This document shows, in pieces, positions 14,701 to 53,909 of a stretch of DNA of 64,000 nucleotides. The notes under the pieces were generated by a model. That model ran no database searches. It saw nothing but the letters and a program-made list of their open reading frames with translations, and had not been told where the DNA came from. The DNA lies in NCBI GenBank assembly GCA_964035545.1, contig OZ037768.1, positions 1,054,001-1,118,000 of the forward strand, read 5' to 3'. Made by a program: the position numbers and the translations under genes. Numbering within the stretch: the first letter of the stretch is position 1; each line of letters begins with the position of its first letter. Source of the stretch: Bugula neritina (Eukaryota; Animalia; Bryozoa).

Positions 14701-17700
14701 CTCAGGTGTGAGCAGGTGCCCTGTTAAGTGGCACCTCAGGTATGGGCAGGTCTCACAAGGTGGTACTTTGTTTACAGGAGTCGGCTACTCTCTACAGCCA
14801 GGTGTTTGGCCTGCGACCAATCACTCACGAGGACCACCAGTCTCTCTTCAAGTCAACGGGGATTGACGTGGACAACAGGAAGGAGGTTTGTGGTTACAGT
14901 TTCCCTCTGAGCAACGAATATGATGTATTTATACTAATCTGAGAGTAATATAGTGTTTGTATATCCATGTTAGTCGAGTGTGCTCACCATTCTCTACTGA
15001 CCACTAGCATCAAGCGTTTTAACATCTCAACAACAACCTCATGAACTCTGTTTAACATTCCATTCCAATTGAAAACAATATTTCAGTACGAAGTATTTTT
15101 ATCATAACATGTAATCATTTCTGGTGCGTAGTATTCAAATGGGTCAGTGTGGGTATTTCAACTTCTCATATGTACTATTAAATGAAATCATGCGAAAATT
15201 TTAATTCACACAATAGTTCACTGGTATTCTAGTAGTACATTAAATTGTTGTATTTTTTTGGCAGTCCATTCCATGTGAGTTATTGCAGTGCTGTTGGTAC
15301 TGCTTACACTACTGCATGGTGTTTACTACTCAGCATTGACACATTTGCCAGCTAATCTTAGGCCAGAATGGCAAACAAGCATTATTTTCTCTATTATTGG
15401 AGGGTTAATAAAGGTTTGACATTTTCCCTTCACTGAGTTTAACCTTTACTGCCATTTGAGAATGTTATTGTAGTGTGCAGTATTATGTCAATAACAGCCC
15501 TGTACTTTAGGGCCTACATACCTCCATCAGTCACACTGACACAAATCCTTGCAAAGTTATTGGTTAACGGCTGTCATCTTTATCCACTTTTTACGTGACC
15601 GCAGATTGATTAGAAAATATTAATATTATCGACTATCCATTGGATTTTCAGATAATTGAAATAACTGAAAATACTAGGGCACATCAATCATAGAAGTTTT
15701 CTCCCCTTTTCTGTATCCATGAGAGAGCACATAACTCTCGATGTGTTTGTGTAAATTTCGGCCCAATAATTTTCCTAATTTATTCATAGTTTCTATATTG
15801 GTCAAAATTAATAAATTAAACTCAAATATAGCCCTTTAATGAAGTTTAAGTTTTGTCTATCTTTATGAAACGTCTAAAACACTTCTGTTCAGTAATATAG
15901 ATATAAGTTTCAGTGGGGAGATAATCAAAAACTGTGTATGCTTTCAGTCATCATATTGATCAGATAACTCCCAGATGTAGTATACAGTTATAGTGTACAG
16001 TTATAGTGTACAGTTATAGTGTACAGTTATAGTGTACAGTTATAGTGTACAGTTATAGTGTACAGTTATAGTGTACAGTTATAGTGTACAGTTATAGTGT
16101 ACAGTTATAGTGTACAGTTATAGTGTACAGTTATAGTGTACAGTTATAGTGTACAGTTATAGTGTACAGTTATAGTGTACAGTTATAGTGTACAGTTATA
16201 GTGTACAGTTATAGTGTACAGTTATAGTGTACAGTTATAGTGTACAGTTATAGTGTACAGTTATAGTGTACAGTTATAGTGTACAGTTATAGTGTACAGT
16301 TATAGTGTACAGTTATAGTGTACAGTTATAGTGTACAGTTATAGTGTACAGTTATAGTGTACAGTAGTTGACTTATTCTGTAGGCAATAGAGAAGTGGTC
16401 ATATGCCAGTACTAGGAGGTTGGCTCTTGTAATAGAACTGGCTCTAGCTATCCCAGGATTCCGAGACCTCCCTAGGGCAGACCAGCTCGGCCTTATCAAG
16501 TGTAAGTATATAGTATACAGTGTGAGTATATAGTATACAGTGTAAGTATATAGTACACAGTGTAAGTATATAGTACACGGTGTAAGTATATAGTATACAG
16601 TGTAAGTATATAGTATACAGTGTAAGTATATAGTACACGGTGTAAGTATATAGTATACAGTCTAAGTATATAGTATACAGTGTAAGTATATAGTATACAG
16701 TGTAAGTATATAGTATACAGTGTAAGTATATAGTATACAGTGTAAGTATATAGTATACAGTGTAAGTATATAGTACACAGTGTAAGTATATAGTACACGG
16801 TGTAAGTATAGAATATGACATAGTGTAATATGACTATAGTGTAATTACACCCACACTATCCAAGACATAAGACATGTACCTATAGTATAATATAGTATCA
16901 GAGGTCTAACACACTACACAGTACTATAAAGTATAGTGTGTGGCACTTACAGTATAATTTATAGCATGCTGTAAATAGCCTGTGTTACACACCTTCTCTA
17001 TGAGCGGTGTGCTTGTAGCCAGCAGATCTGAGGCTATCACAGTGATGATACACAACAGATTCGACTACGAGAACAAGCTCTTCTACTCCTCACACACCGA
17101 ACACATCTCACCCATGTCTGAGCTCGTCAAGATCTACGACGATGAGCAAATGGTGGAGAGGATGTTCATCACGGGGAGAGAGTTCCAGAAGCTTGGTCTC
17201 ACGGCCTCGGAGATGCTTCTTACTCTCTCCATCATCATCACCTTCCCAGGTAGACTGTAGCTGCATGTCATGCAGGGTTTCATTGACTATCTTATATGCT
17301 AGCACTACATACTATATTATTGTTATCTTAAAATATGTTTCTTATCAGATGATAAAACTCACTCTCTCTCTCACTCACTCACTCACTCACTCACTCACTC
17401 ACTCACTCACTCACTCACTCACTCTCTCACTCTCTCACTCTCTCACTCTCTCACTCACTCACTCACTCACTCTGCTAACTAAGCACACTCATGTATGTTC
17501 TGCAGATCGGGTGGTGTTGGAAAAGAGAGAGGAAGTACAGGCTCTGCAGGACAAACTGGTGGATGCGCTGTGTCTCTCCATACAGATGAATCACCCAAAC
17601 GATAAGGGATTGTTAGGGCGGTTGCTAGGCAACCTTGCTCCTATCAGAGAGTTGACACTGCGGGCTAACATCGCCATGCCTAAGATCAAAAATGACTGGT

Positions 17701-17777
17701 CAAAATCCTGCAACATAGATCCTATCTGGAATAAGTTTATTACTGATTGCAACGCCTGGTCCTCCAATCAGATGTGA
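4866..17777 (+). CDS. Orphan nuclear receptor, NR1-like (C4 zinc-finger DBD plus LBD), 7 coding exons, 409 aa
   Basis: Exons 4866-5006, 7905-8046, 12977-13194, 14778-14885, 16384-16501, 17019-17249 and 17506-17777 are all GT-AG, phase-compatible and total 1230 nt. DBD: [22 protein letters not shown]|GFFRRS...CSKDQNC...[18 protein letters not shown]-box [12 protein letters not shown] signature [18 protein letters not shown]. An acceptor AG directly before the ATG implies an upstream non-coding exon. Confidence 0.93.
5247..5276 (-). promoter_or_regulatory. Triple direct repeat of the nuclear-receptor half-site TGACCT (DR5 plus DR7) in the intron after the first coding exon of the receptor gene
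   Basis: TGACCT-tgcgt-TGACCT-tgcggat-TGACCT at 5247, 5258 and 5271. Confidence 0.5.
5997..6305. repeat. 16-bp minisatellite (CAGTAGACGTGGTGTA)n
   Basis: About 19 tandem copies. Source of the three minus-strand repeat ORFs. Confidence 0.95.
6725..7126. repeat. 57-bp minisatellite, about 7 near-identical copies
   Basis: Unit ...ATACTACCAACATCTTGCTGGGAGGGTGACAGTATATAGT..., giving 19-aa periodicity in ORF 6680..7108. Confidence 0.95.
8065..8620. repeat. 15-bp minisatellite (CTGTRTAGTCACACA)n just after the receptor exon 2 donor
   Basis: Visible tandem array starting about 18 nt after the GT at 8047. Confidence 0.95.
8910..9017. repeat. 25-bp tandem repeat (GCCACTCTTCTAGCTGTAGAAAAGA) x4
   Basis: Visible tandem copies. 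Confidence 0.9.
9686..10197. repeat. 13-bp minisatellite (ATCTACCCTCTCT)n
   Basis: Visible tandem array with variants. Confidence 0.95.
10511..10987. repeat. (ACT)n microsatellite grading into (GCTAGCTACTGT)n
   Basis: Visible. Confidence 0.95.
11699..11747. repeat. (CT)n microsatellite
   Basis: Visible. Confidence 0.95.
12582..12972. repeat. TG/TA-rich compound microsatellite abutting the receptor exon 3 acceptor
   Basis: Runs up to TGTCAG at 12976. Confidence 0.9.
13201..13346. repeat. (CTCACCTTCT)-type 10-bp pyrimidine repeat right after the receptor exon 3 donor
   Basis: Visible. Confidence 0.85.
15979..16364. repeat. 13-bp minisatellite (AGTGTACAGTTAT)n, near-perfect, before the receptor exon 5 acceptor
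   Basis: About 29 copies ending about 19 nt before the AG at 16382-16383. Confidence 0.95.
16501..16810 (+). repeat. 20-bp minisatellite whose unit contains the receptor exon 5 donor (T|GTAAGTATATAGTATACAG)n
   Basis: About 16 units. The first unit begins at the last exon base 16501. Confidence 0.93.
17360..17471. repeat. (CTCA)n microsatellite in the last receptor intron
   Basis: Visible. Confidence 0.9.
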
Positions 17778-19150
17778 TGTATTATTCATCTGTACGTTTC
17801 CTTAGCAACGCCAACACACGTTCTTATCTTACCTGTACATAAAACTTATTCGATAGGTCACTGATCTATAACTTGTCCATAAGAAAGTGTTAGGAGTTAA
17901 CTGCTTGAGGAGTTGCTAATGAACTCGGAGAAAATAAGAAGTCAATTTCTAGAAAGTTGGTTAGCTTCTCTGTTGTTGTATTACTGCGACATCACAACTC
18001 TGCAATTAGGCTGGTTTCAATGACACCCTCACCATCTAGTATTATGGTCTGTAGACTACACATAAAGTCTGGATTATTTATGCAGTCTCCGAGAATCCCT
18101 GAAAGGGAAGACTACTCCAACTGTTTACTGTGTGCAATCTCAAGCTCTAGTTTATTTGATACCCCGAGTGCTGTTTCTATGGTGACTATGTGGAATTACA
18201 GCAGATGTGAGAATTCATTGCCATTTCACTATATATACCAGCTGAGATGTTGCTAATTTAATTCACCATTACCTAAAATGGAAGAGGTCCATCAGCTGTC
18301 TTCTGTGTTATTGACCTTTGTCCACCGGTGCTCTTATTATTATAAACATTCTGTAATAAGAAATGTTACGGGTATTTTCAAAGTATTATCAATATTACTT
18401 ATATTATTTTGTATTTCTTAGCTTTTTATGCTGCGCTGTGTAAGTGTAAGTTTCTAACGCAAATAGTAAGTCTCTAGTACACTTACACTACACTTACACG
18501 GAAGTCGTGTGCTGTTTTATATAACTCTTAGTTTCTATAAGGGACATATTTTTATATATTTTACACAGGAAAGTCAATTATGTCTAACCTATGCATACTT
18601 TCAGTGTTTCTAATCATCTATCTGGTATTCTATGCATTTTTCTGTACAGATGAGCCGCTGCTTTTATACCTAAACTCCTAAGCCTTTTATACACATACCT
18701 GCAGTACCTGTATGACTTTTCTTTATTGTTGACCAAAAGAATTCTTGTCCACAATAAATGCTATGTTTTATTAATTGGGTTGGTAGAATTGCAACGCAAA
18801 AATGGCTGCAGAATGTTGGTGAGCTCAGATTTAAATATAGTAGAACTTCACTTAGATACGAGGCTGGAAATTGTCTAGTTCACCCGATGAAACACAATTA
18901 CAAGACACAGAGCTACCGCCTCGTTTAAGATAGACTAGAAGTTTAAAAACGCATAGAAATTAAAGATTTAGTCAGAATTGCTAATACGTAAATTAGTCAA
19001 AAATAGAAAATATATTATTTATTAAAGCCACCCCCCCCCCCCCCCCCCCCCTAGTAACAATTAGCTACTAGTTATTATTATTACTATGGCGAGTCATCAC
19101 ATTGACACTAGTAATAGTCACTAACTACTAGAGTAAGTTATCTTGTAATA

Positions 19151-22021
19151 CTAGAGTTTACTAGAACCAGTTCTGTCTTTCCTACGATCGGGGACAATCT
19201 CAATTCCCTTCTGAGGGGTCACCCGCATCACGGCCCCACATAACTCCTCATTTTCTACCAGCTGCTGGAAACCCTCAGCTACGAACTCAGGGGACAGGAT
19301 TGGGTGGTTTGGAAGTTGTGCTATCATCTCACGTAGACCTGAAAAAAGAGCAACTCCCAGAATAGCAGTAATTTAATTATTACAAATTAGGTTAAATTTC
19401 CAACAGTTGAGATTCCAACACATGAATGAACCAAATTCACAGCAGTATATAAAAGTCTTAATTCAAGTGACAACTGAATGCAGCACCTTATGAGTTGGAG
19501 TCATAGAAATGGTGTTTAGATACATACAGTGTGATGTACACATTGAATATATACAGTGTGACGTACACATTGAATACATACAGTGTGATGTACACATTGA
19601 ATACATACAGTGTGATGTACACATTGAATACATACAGTGTGATGTACACATTGAATACATACAGTGTGATGTACACATTGAATACATACAGTGTGATGTA
19701 CACATTGAATACATACAGTGTTATGTACACATTGAATACATACAGTGTGATGTACACATTGAATACATACAGTGTGATGTACACATTGAATACATAACGC
19801 ATACTATGCATACTATACCTAAGGATGTGTCTAGCAGAGGAGTTTCTGTAAAGGATGGGCAGAGGGCGTTGACCCTCACTCCCGTCATCTCGTACTGCTC
19901 AGGCATCTACCATATTAACAGATAATCAGTATGCAGGTGGTATTGATATAATACCAGTTGTGTTATAGGAAACAGGGAAAATATTTCGAATATAGTTCTA
20001 GGGTAGCAGTGGTATGTAAATATATAAATTATTTGCTTGTTGTGCTGTTTGACTGAGGATTTCAACTACACAAAGCAGCCACCCTGTATTCTGGTAATCT
20101 TGAGATCTTACTGCGGGTAAAACATGAGCTGTTAGTAATACTGGATATTACGTAGTAATACTGACCCCAGCTGACTTAGTAAGGGCTACGACTCCAGCTT
20201 TGCTAGCATTATAGCACATGCTTCCCATTATAGGTAAGAATGCTGCAAAATAACTGAGATTAAGTACAGTTTATCGATAGCTAGCATTGTACCATGTAAT
20301 ACTTTATTTCTCATCAGTTTAGCAGTCCATTGGCCAGTAGTTCATAGTTCAGGAGCTCATTGATTTCTTTAGTTTATTTTCTAATAACTAGTGCCATTCA
20401 GTATTCTTATAAATAAAAAAGTTTGAATGGGCCTTCAAACAACCTCTTATAAGGCAGGGGAAATTCACGCAATCTCTGTATTAACATTGAGAAAGTTCAC
20501 AAATTTTTTTAGACCTAGAAAATTAAAAAAAACTTTGCTCAGAGTAAAAGAAAATTTCTAACTACAAAAATGTAAAGAGAGAATGTTGTGCAACAATGTT
20601 AAGGAAGAGCCCTGCTTTAGTTGACAAGGTCAACAAGCACTGTAAACCAGGGAATACAACTCCAATAAAAAGATAAGCAACTAATATTGCATATATAAGA
20701 AAAAGATGGCTCCAAAATCAATCAATAAAACCCAAATCAACTTGAAAAATTTTAGTAAAACTGCGATTTCTAAAATATAAATAATAGATTTGTAGACAGA
20801 GTGTTCATATGAATTATGTAGAAAAATAGAATATTTAGAATCAAATTGAGTTACAATAAGTCAGAGTGAGTTAACTAACCTGCCATGGAGGCGACATTTA
20901 TTATCACCCCTCCCCTTCCACTTTCCTTATCCATGTAATCCATCCCCAACTTTGTGCCAAAATATACAGCTTCCTGTAAAGATGTATTCAGATTATTCTG
21001 GAATAAAGTACCTTGTTGAAACTTCAACAGTGAGAAGTGCAGTATAACATGTCTTAAGGAAACTATACTTGTACCACGTGCTTTGTTAACATAGACAGTA
21101 GTTTAACCTGCAGCCATTTAGCTTTCGAGTGAGTAAACTACTCAAAAGGTGGGATAAATCTAACTAGAACTCAACTCACCAAGTTTAGCCTCAGAGTACG
21201 TATAGACCCTGAGACATTGTGGTCAGAAGCAGCCATGCCCGCATTGTTACATACGATGTCTATCGCACCAAACCTCTTCTGTACAAAGTCAAATGCACCT
21301 ACAAGTTTACCAGATGAGATGATTCTACCAAGACGGAGGAAAATAGACTGAGAATAAACTCTAAACTACATAATATGTGACACGGGTGAGCGACACACCT
21401 TTGAAGAGGTCATAGTTTGTGACATCACAGTGATAGAAATCTACTTGACTAGGAGGATATTGTAGTCTTAGATCCTCAGCTACCTCTTTACCACGAGAGC
21501 TTATATCAACCAAACACACCTGTAAATCAGTTATGTAACTCAACTGTACTGTAGTGATACTATACAAGTATAGTATTACAGCATAGTATTACAGGTATAG
21601 CATTACAGTATAGTATTACAGTACAGTATTACAGTATAGTATTACAGTATAGTATTACAGTACAGTGTTACAGTATAGTATTACAGTATGGTATTACAGT
21701 ATAGTATTACAGTACAGTATTACAGTATAGTATTACAGTATAGCATTACAGTATAGTATTACAGTATAGTATTACAGTATAGTATTACAGTATAGTATTA
21801 CAGTATAGTATTACAGTATAGTATTACAGTACAGTGTTACAGTATAGTATTACAGTATAGTATTACAGTATAGTATTACAGTATAGTATTACAGTATAAT
21901 ATTACAAATATAGCGCAAATCTTACAGCTTTAGCCTTAGCTCTAAGAAGAGCAGCAGCAAATGCTTTGCCCAATCCTCCAGCACCTCCAGTAATCAAGGC
22001 CACCTTCCCAGAGATCTTCAT
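19151..22021 (-). CDS. HPGD: Short-chain dehydrogenase/reductase, 15-hydroxyprostaglandin dehydrogenase (NAD+)-like, C-terminal SKL
   Basis: Exons (minus) 22021-21926, 21519-21399, 21298-21180, 20973-20880, 20242-20166, 19906-19819 and 19338-19151. Motifs: MKISGKVALITGGAGGLG (TGxxxGxG), VDI, CDVT, DIVCNNAG, GRGGVIINVASMA, YNASK (YxxxK), GVRVNALCPSFTETPLL, GAVMRVTPQKGI...GSSKL*. The symbol indicates family, not proven orthology. Confidence 0.88.
19520..19795. repeat. 27-bp minisatellite in the last SDR intron, about 10 copies
   Basis: Unit ATACATACAGTGTGATGTACACATTGA. The minus strand carries CT|GTATGT in each unit. Confidence 0.95.
21566..21905. repeat. 13-bp minisatellite (TACAGTATAGTAT)n filling most of SDR intron 1
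   Basis: The intron is 21520-21925 and the repeat occupies about 340 of its 406 nt. Confidence 0.95.
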
Positions 22022-23219
22022 TGTTGACCAGCACTCAGTCTACTGTGTGGGGAAACAGATAACAATACAGCAGTGACAGTTAATAACTCACTTCTTACAT
22101 GCTAATACAGATAATGCAGCTTAGGTTTTAGCTCATCATGCTGATCACCAGTAAAATAAAACAATTGTTGTTTAACAACCTTTTTTTTTTTATAAAAAAA
22201 ACTATAGTTTTTTGGCATTAAAGGAAATGAGTAAGTGTGTCTCAGATGACCATGACAGAATGAGAGTCAAAGAAACATAGATGCAGCAGCAATCTGGAGC
22301 TCAAAATGAAGTTTAATGTCAAAAAGAGCAATTTTCCATCACACTAGACACAAATTGAAGATTTCTAGAACAGGTACATAAATCAACTCACTTTGGGATG
22401 ACCCTATAAGCTAATACTAAGTTTTAACGAAAACAAGATTACTAACAACTAGAAACTGTTGATGATCAAATGGTCTCTCCATTGGAGATTAGCAAAAACA
22501 AGGCTGATAGTTTGATTTCCTAAATTTGGACTATTCATCCACTGCATTAGACTAAAAAAGAGCTACAGGCAACATAGAAAGGGGTGAGGCTGACTACTGT
22601 CATTGAAAAATGAACTCGCTCAGCACCCTTCCTGGTACATGACGATCTAATATAAAAACCTATATTAAAACTAAGGCTTTAGCAGAAGCACACCCAATAT
22701 CTGTTGAAAATTATTATATTCAATACCACAATAGACAGCTTAGTACTATAAAAATGTAGAGCTTCAAACAGTTCCAACAACACAAATTCGAACAAAGACT
22801 TAGCCAAACATAAACAATCCAGTTTATCTGTAGGCTACTCTTACATACAATATTGCACCATTCACTGGAACTGAGTCTGATGTTTTAACCAATTATATAG
22901 ATATAACGAGCGCTCCTTGTAGTCTAGCTTGTAAATAACTCTGAGATAACTAAAACCTAAACTTAGAGCCTAGAGGCAATAAATATTCTATTATTATGAA
23001 CATTTCCATTTTTATTATTAATAAGCACCACTATTTTAATTTATATCTTCTCTATTTATTAAGACTTAAAGTTAATTAAAACAAATCATGTCAAAATTAA
23101 AACTAGTAGATTGATTTTATTACAACTATGTTACTGTACAATTACTATAAGTATAAGTGTAAAGTATATTAAATTTAATTATTAATAATAATAATTATAA
23201 TATACTAATCTATACTTAG

Positions 23220-24550
23220 TTCGAGTTTAACATTGCACTACCTCTGATTACCTCTGATGAGGTAGAACGCTCTTGACCATCATATGACGTTAGTAGAGCG
23301 CCTCATGTGTGTGACAGTGAGTGTTCCGTTTTTTTTAGTGCTTCCGCATTACCGCTGATATTATTCAATTTAGATAGTGATATTTAAAAAGAAAATTGAT
23401 AGGTAAGCTAGGTAAATCCTCTCATGTCGCGTATCGTTCTTGGTAAGAAACTTTGGTGGTAACAGCTAGAGTGAGAAGAAATGGAGTTGGGTAAACCTTG
23501 GGTTGCTGATCTCGTAGTTACGGACATGAGAGAGCGATTTTCCACAACCTCATCATAGTCTGATGAAAGTGTACTGTGCGTGGCTTCAGACTGTAGAATA
23601 CGTGTCAATAGTGTGAGTCTATGATTTTTACGCCTCGTTTGCAATGGTAGTAGACCCAGTTCGCATCGAGCGTCACTAACACTTTCTCGCCCCTTGAGAC
23701 CTGATATGAACCTCACAGCACGATTCTGAACCATTTCTATATTATGTATGGTGGTTTTTAAATAAGGATCCCAGAGGGTATCTGCATACTCCAACAATGG
23801 ACGGCAGAGGCTGGTGTAAGCCAAGAGTTTGCCATTTTTTGGAGCATCATGGAGAGCAAACTTTATTGCTCCTAGGACTCTGCTAGCTTTTTGTGATTTC
23901 AGCACAATGTGTTTGTCAAATTTAAGGTTACTCTGCATGGTCACACCGAGATACTTGGTCTCTTCAGTCCATTGGACAGGTGTACTCCCAAGCTTATAAG
24001 ATGGAAGGCTTGTTTGGCGACCAAATGATATAGCATGGCATTTACTTTCATTAAAAGGCATCTTCCACTGTTGGGACCAGTTATATACTGCATAGATATT
24101 GACCTGGAAGTCTGCAGCATCTGCTTCTGAGTTTACTCTTTGGTACAACAGGGTGTCATCTGCATAAAGACTGACACAACAATTGACACAACTTGGTAAA
24201 TCGTTAGTATAAACCAAGAATAGTGTGGGTCCTAGTACAGATCCTTGGGGGACGCCCGATGTTACTGGGAGCTCAGTTGAGCATGAGCCTTTGATTACAA
24301 CTCTCTGTTTTCTGTTGGTGATGAAATCTTGAATCCAATTTATAATCCGTGGGTTAACTTCTGGAATGCGACGTAGTTTCAGTAGCAGTAGGGAATGGGG
24401 GACTTTGTCAAATGCTTTTTTAAAGTCTAGAACAATTGCATGTGTGTCTTGTGATTGGTCGTGCGCTTTGGCAATGTCATGGTATGTTGAGCACAGCTGA
24501 GTATCGCATGACATTCCCTTCCGAAAACCATGCTGCCTGTTGTGAAGGTA
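23220..24550 (-). mobile_element. 5'-truncated non-LTR retrotransposon (LINE, CR1/L2/Jockey-group-like): RT domain and C-terminus of ORF2
   Basis: ORF 23408..24514 is preceded in frame by QHGFRKG. Motifs LDFKKAFDKVPH, GVPQGSVLGPTLFLVY, YADD, KYLGV, YTSLCRPLLEYA and SFLPRTIRD are present. No endonuclease domain. Element ends approximate. Confidence 0.92.
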
Positions 24551-26028
24551 TTAAAGTTAAATTAAGTTCAACAAACATTACTAATGCATACTATTATAAA
24601 CTATTATTATCAATATAAATATCTATGAAGTTATATTACACTTTATTAATACTATTATTTTAATTTTGAAATTTGAACTGTAACTGCAACAAAGATTCAA
24701 ACTTTTGTTCAAAATAAAAAATATTTAAACAAAGCATTGAAATACATCGTTAAAAGTAAATACTGATGCTTGCTGTAATGCAAAATGACTAAATCCTAAT
24801 TAGGAACTAGTCATTTCGGGAGTTAGGACCAGTACTACTACTCGTTGTACTAGTAGTTGTAGCCTGTAGGGCGTAGCCTGTACTTTTTTGTCGTCCAGTA
24901 ATTGAGCGGAACATTGGCATATAAATTATCATTGAGCACTCTAAACATTCGGCAAAATATTTTTTTTTATTTTACTTGTATTGTTTAAAAAACTAATAAT
25001 ATTACATATCATTAATTTAAAAAATTATTTCAAAATGTAATTTTACTAATTTTGTCACGTGAAGTTATCTTTAAATTTATTTAAATAATTTTAAAAGCAG
25101 TCTTTCCACTGCATATTTACAGTTATAATAAATTATAATGGCATTTATTTAACATATCCTGAATACTTTAATAACTAGTAGTGGCAAGTTCAAACGTAAA
25201 AGTGTCAAAGCTTTTTGGCTTAGTAGAGCTCTGCTTTTATAAGTTGATAAAATTGACGTATGCATATATAAAATTACAAAAACTTCCCTGATAACAAACG
25301 GGCTGAAATTATTTGATTCAAGAGTAGATAACTCAAACTTCAACAATTTTCATATTATTGTTGGCCAAGTATAATCATTTAAGGCACTGTGGTTGACTTA
25401 TAAATTAATTCAACTGTATCACAAATTATTTTTCTCTGATTCATTATTTGATAGTCGGGTAAAATGATTAAAAACTTGAATCTTTAATGTTGAAAGTTGA
25501 GAATGTGCTTTTGCGCTGTAACTAGTACTTATTATTATGATGATGGGTACCAATAACTCACTAGAGCATTCCGACAGCTCTAATTTTCATGTAAGAAAAA
25601 ATAGTCCTTAACATGATTTTCAAACAGCACATGAATATATACACTAGACTTAGCATGAATGAGAGCTTAAAAAATATTGCATTTGCATAAGTTTATTCTA
25701 TGGCCTAAATACAAAATGACCCTGTATCATACTTGATATAAATATAACATAAATACATACCCAAGGCAGTATAAGAGAAGCAAGTATTTGTAAAATTAAC
25801 AATATCATAACAAAAAGCTATATTTAAAATCAGATTGTTCATGCAAAAGGGAGAAAATTTCTCATAAAATCGTGGAAAATAAAATATTATCATAGTAGCC
25901 CAATAACACGCTTCATCATGTTGGATATTTTAAGACTTCATGCAGAATCAAAGAGTTTTGAAACAATAGTATATTATAGAACAATCTCAACAGAACAACA
26001 TGTTTTCACTATAATTTATTTAGTAGAA

Positions 26029-53034
<27,006 letters not shown>

Positions 53035-53228
53035 CCAACACCTGCATGACAAAATGTTCACACAAATATACTTTCAAACTCACTGAAATATTGTATGATC
53101 ACAACCAAAGCTGAAAATAATTAATTGATATAATTGGTTTTTAAGTTATACTTATATAAACAAAAGGCAGAGTTGCAATTAATGAATTTTTGTACGCAAT
53201 TTGTTCACCACTTTCTAGGTCACCACAC

Positions 53229-53450
53229 ATGGAGCAGCCATGGTCTAGGGGTTAGAGCATTTGCTTAGTGAACACGAAGTCACGGGTTCGAACCCCGACA
53301 AAGGCTGTTGCCAATTGGTGATGTTAGGAAGAACTTCTAGTCATAATTGCTCCTGTGCTTCATCTGAACAAGTCCTTAGCCCTATCTAACAAAAACCCTT
53401 TTTGTCAGGGGTTTCTCACAGGGATAACGATTATAAACTTGAATGAGTAT
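53229..53450 (+). mobile_element. tRNA-derived SINE
   Basis: A box TGGTCTAGGGG (53241), B box GGTTCGAACC (53285), and a perfect 17-bp TSD TTTCTAGGTCACCACAC at 53212-53228 and 53451-53467. Confidence 0.88.
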
Positions 53451-53879
53451 TTTCTAGGTCACCACACCAGTTTCTGCTAAGTCTAACCACTAATACTAAT
53501 ACTAATAGTAATACTAATAGTAATGGTAATTATCAAGTCTGAAAGGCAACAGCAATTTTGATAATGAAAAATTTACTACAGTCTACAAATCCTAATATCT
53601 GTGAACGATTTAAATAAAAGTTTTAGAACTAATAAGTTATACAATCAGGCTTCAACGCAGAACAAATATATTCTTCAACCAAATTAAAATTCAATTTGAG
53701 TGAAACTGCATTTTATCACTTGCTCAGTACATTGCATTGACTGCAGGAGGCACCTGTTGCGTGAGAGTTTATTTTAGAAAGCCGTTCTAACTTTACAATG
53801 TATGGCTAGTCAACTAATAAACTGAGTGCAAAAACTGAGGCTACGAAACTGCTTTTACATAATCAAAGATTTAAATAAA

Positions 53880-53909
53880 GGGAATTCCCCGTGCTCTTTG
53901 GGAATTTTC
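53880..53909. promoter_or_regulatory. Tandem NF-kB-like sites between the divergent PARP14-like genes
   Basis: Palindromic GGGAATTCCC 53880-53889 and GGGAATTTTC 53900-53909. Confidence 0.5.

Noticed and set aside
14625-14765. Degenerate ~33-bp repeats with CAG|GTATG/GTGTG before receptor exon 4
   Set aside because: Too diverged to define a unit confidently and they do not overlap the real splice site, so not counted among the splice-site arrays.
23408-24514. Domesticated RT, retron or defence-type RT associated with the PARP
   Set aside because: Motifs are typical of LINE ORF2, and it is intronless and 5'-truncated. Adjacency to the PARP gene is most simply an insertion.
53229-53300. tRNA gene
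   Set aside because: A and B boxes are present, but there is no convincing acceptor stem, it has a ~150-nt unrelated tail and it is flanked by a 17-bp TSD, so it is a SINE.
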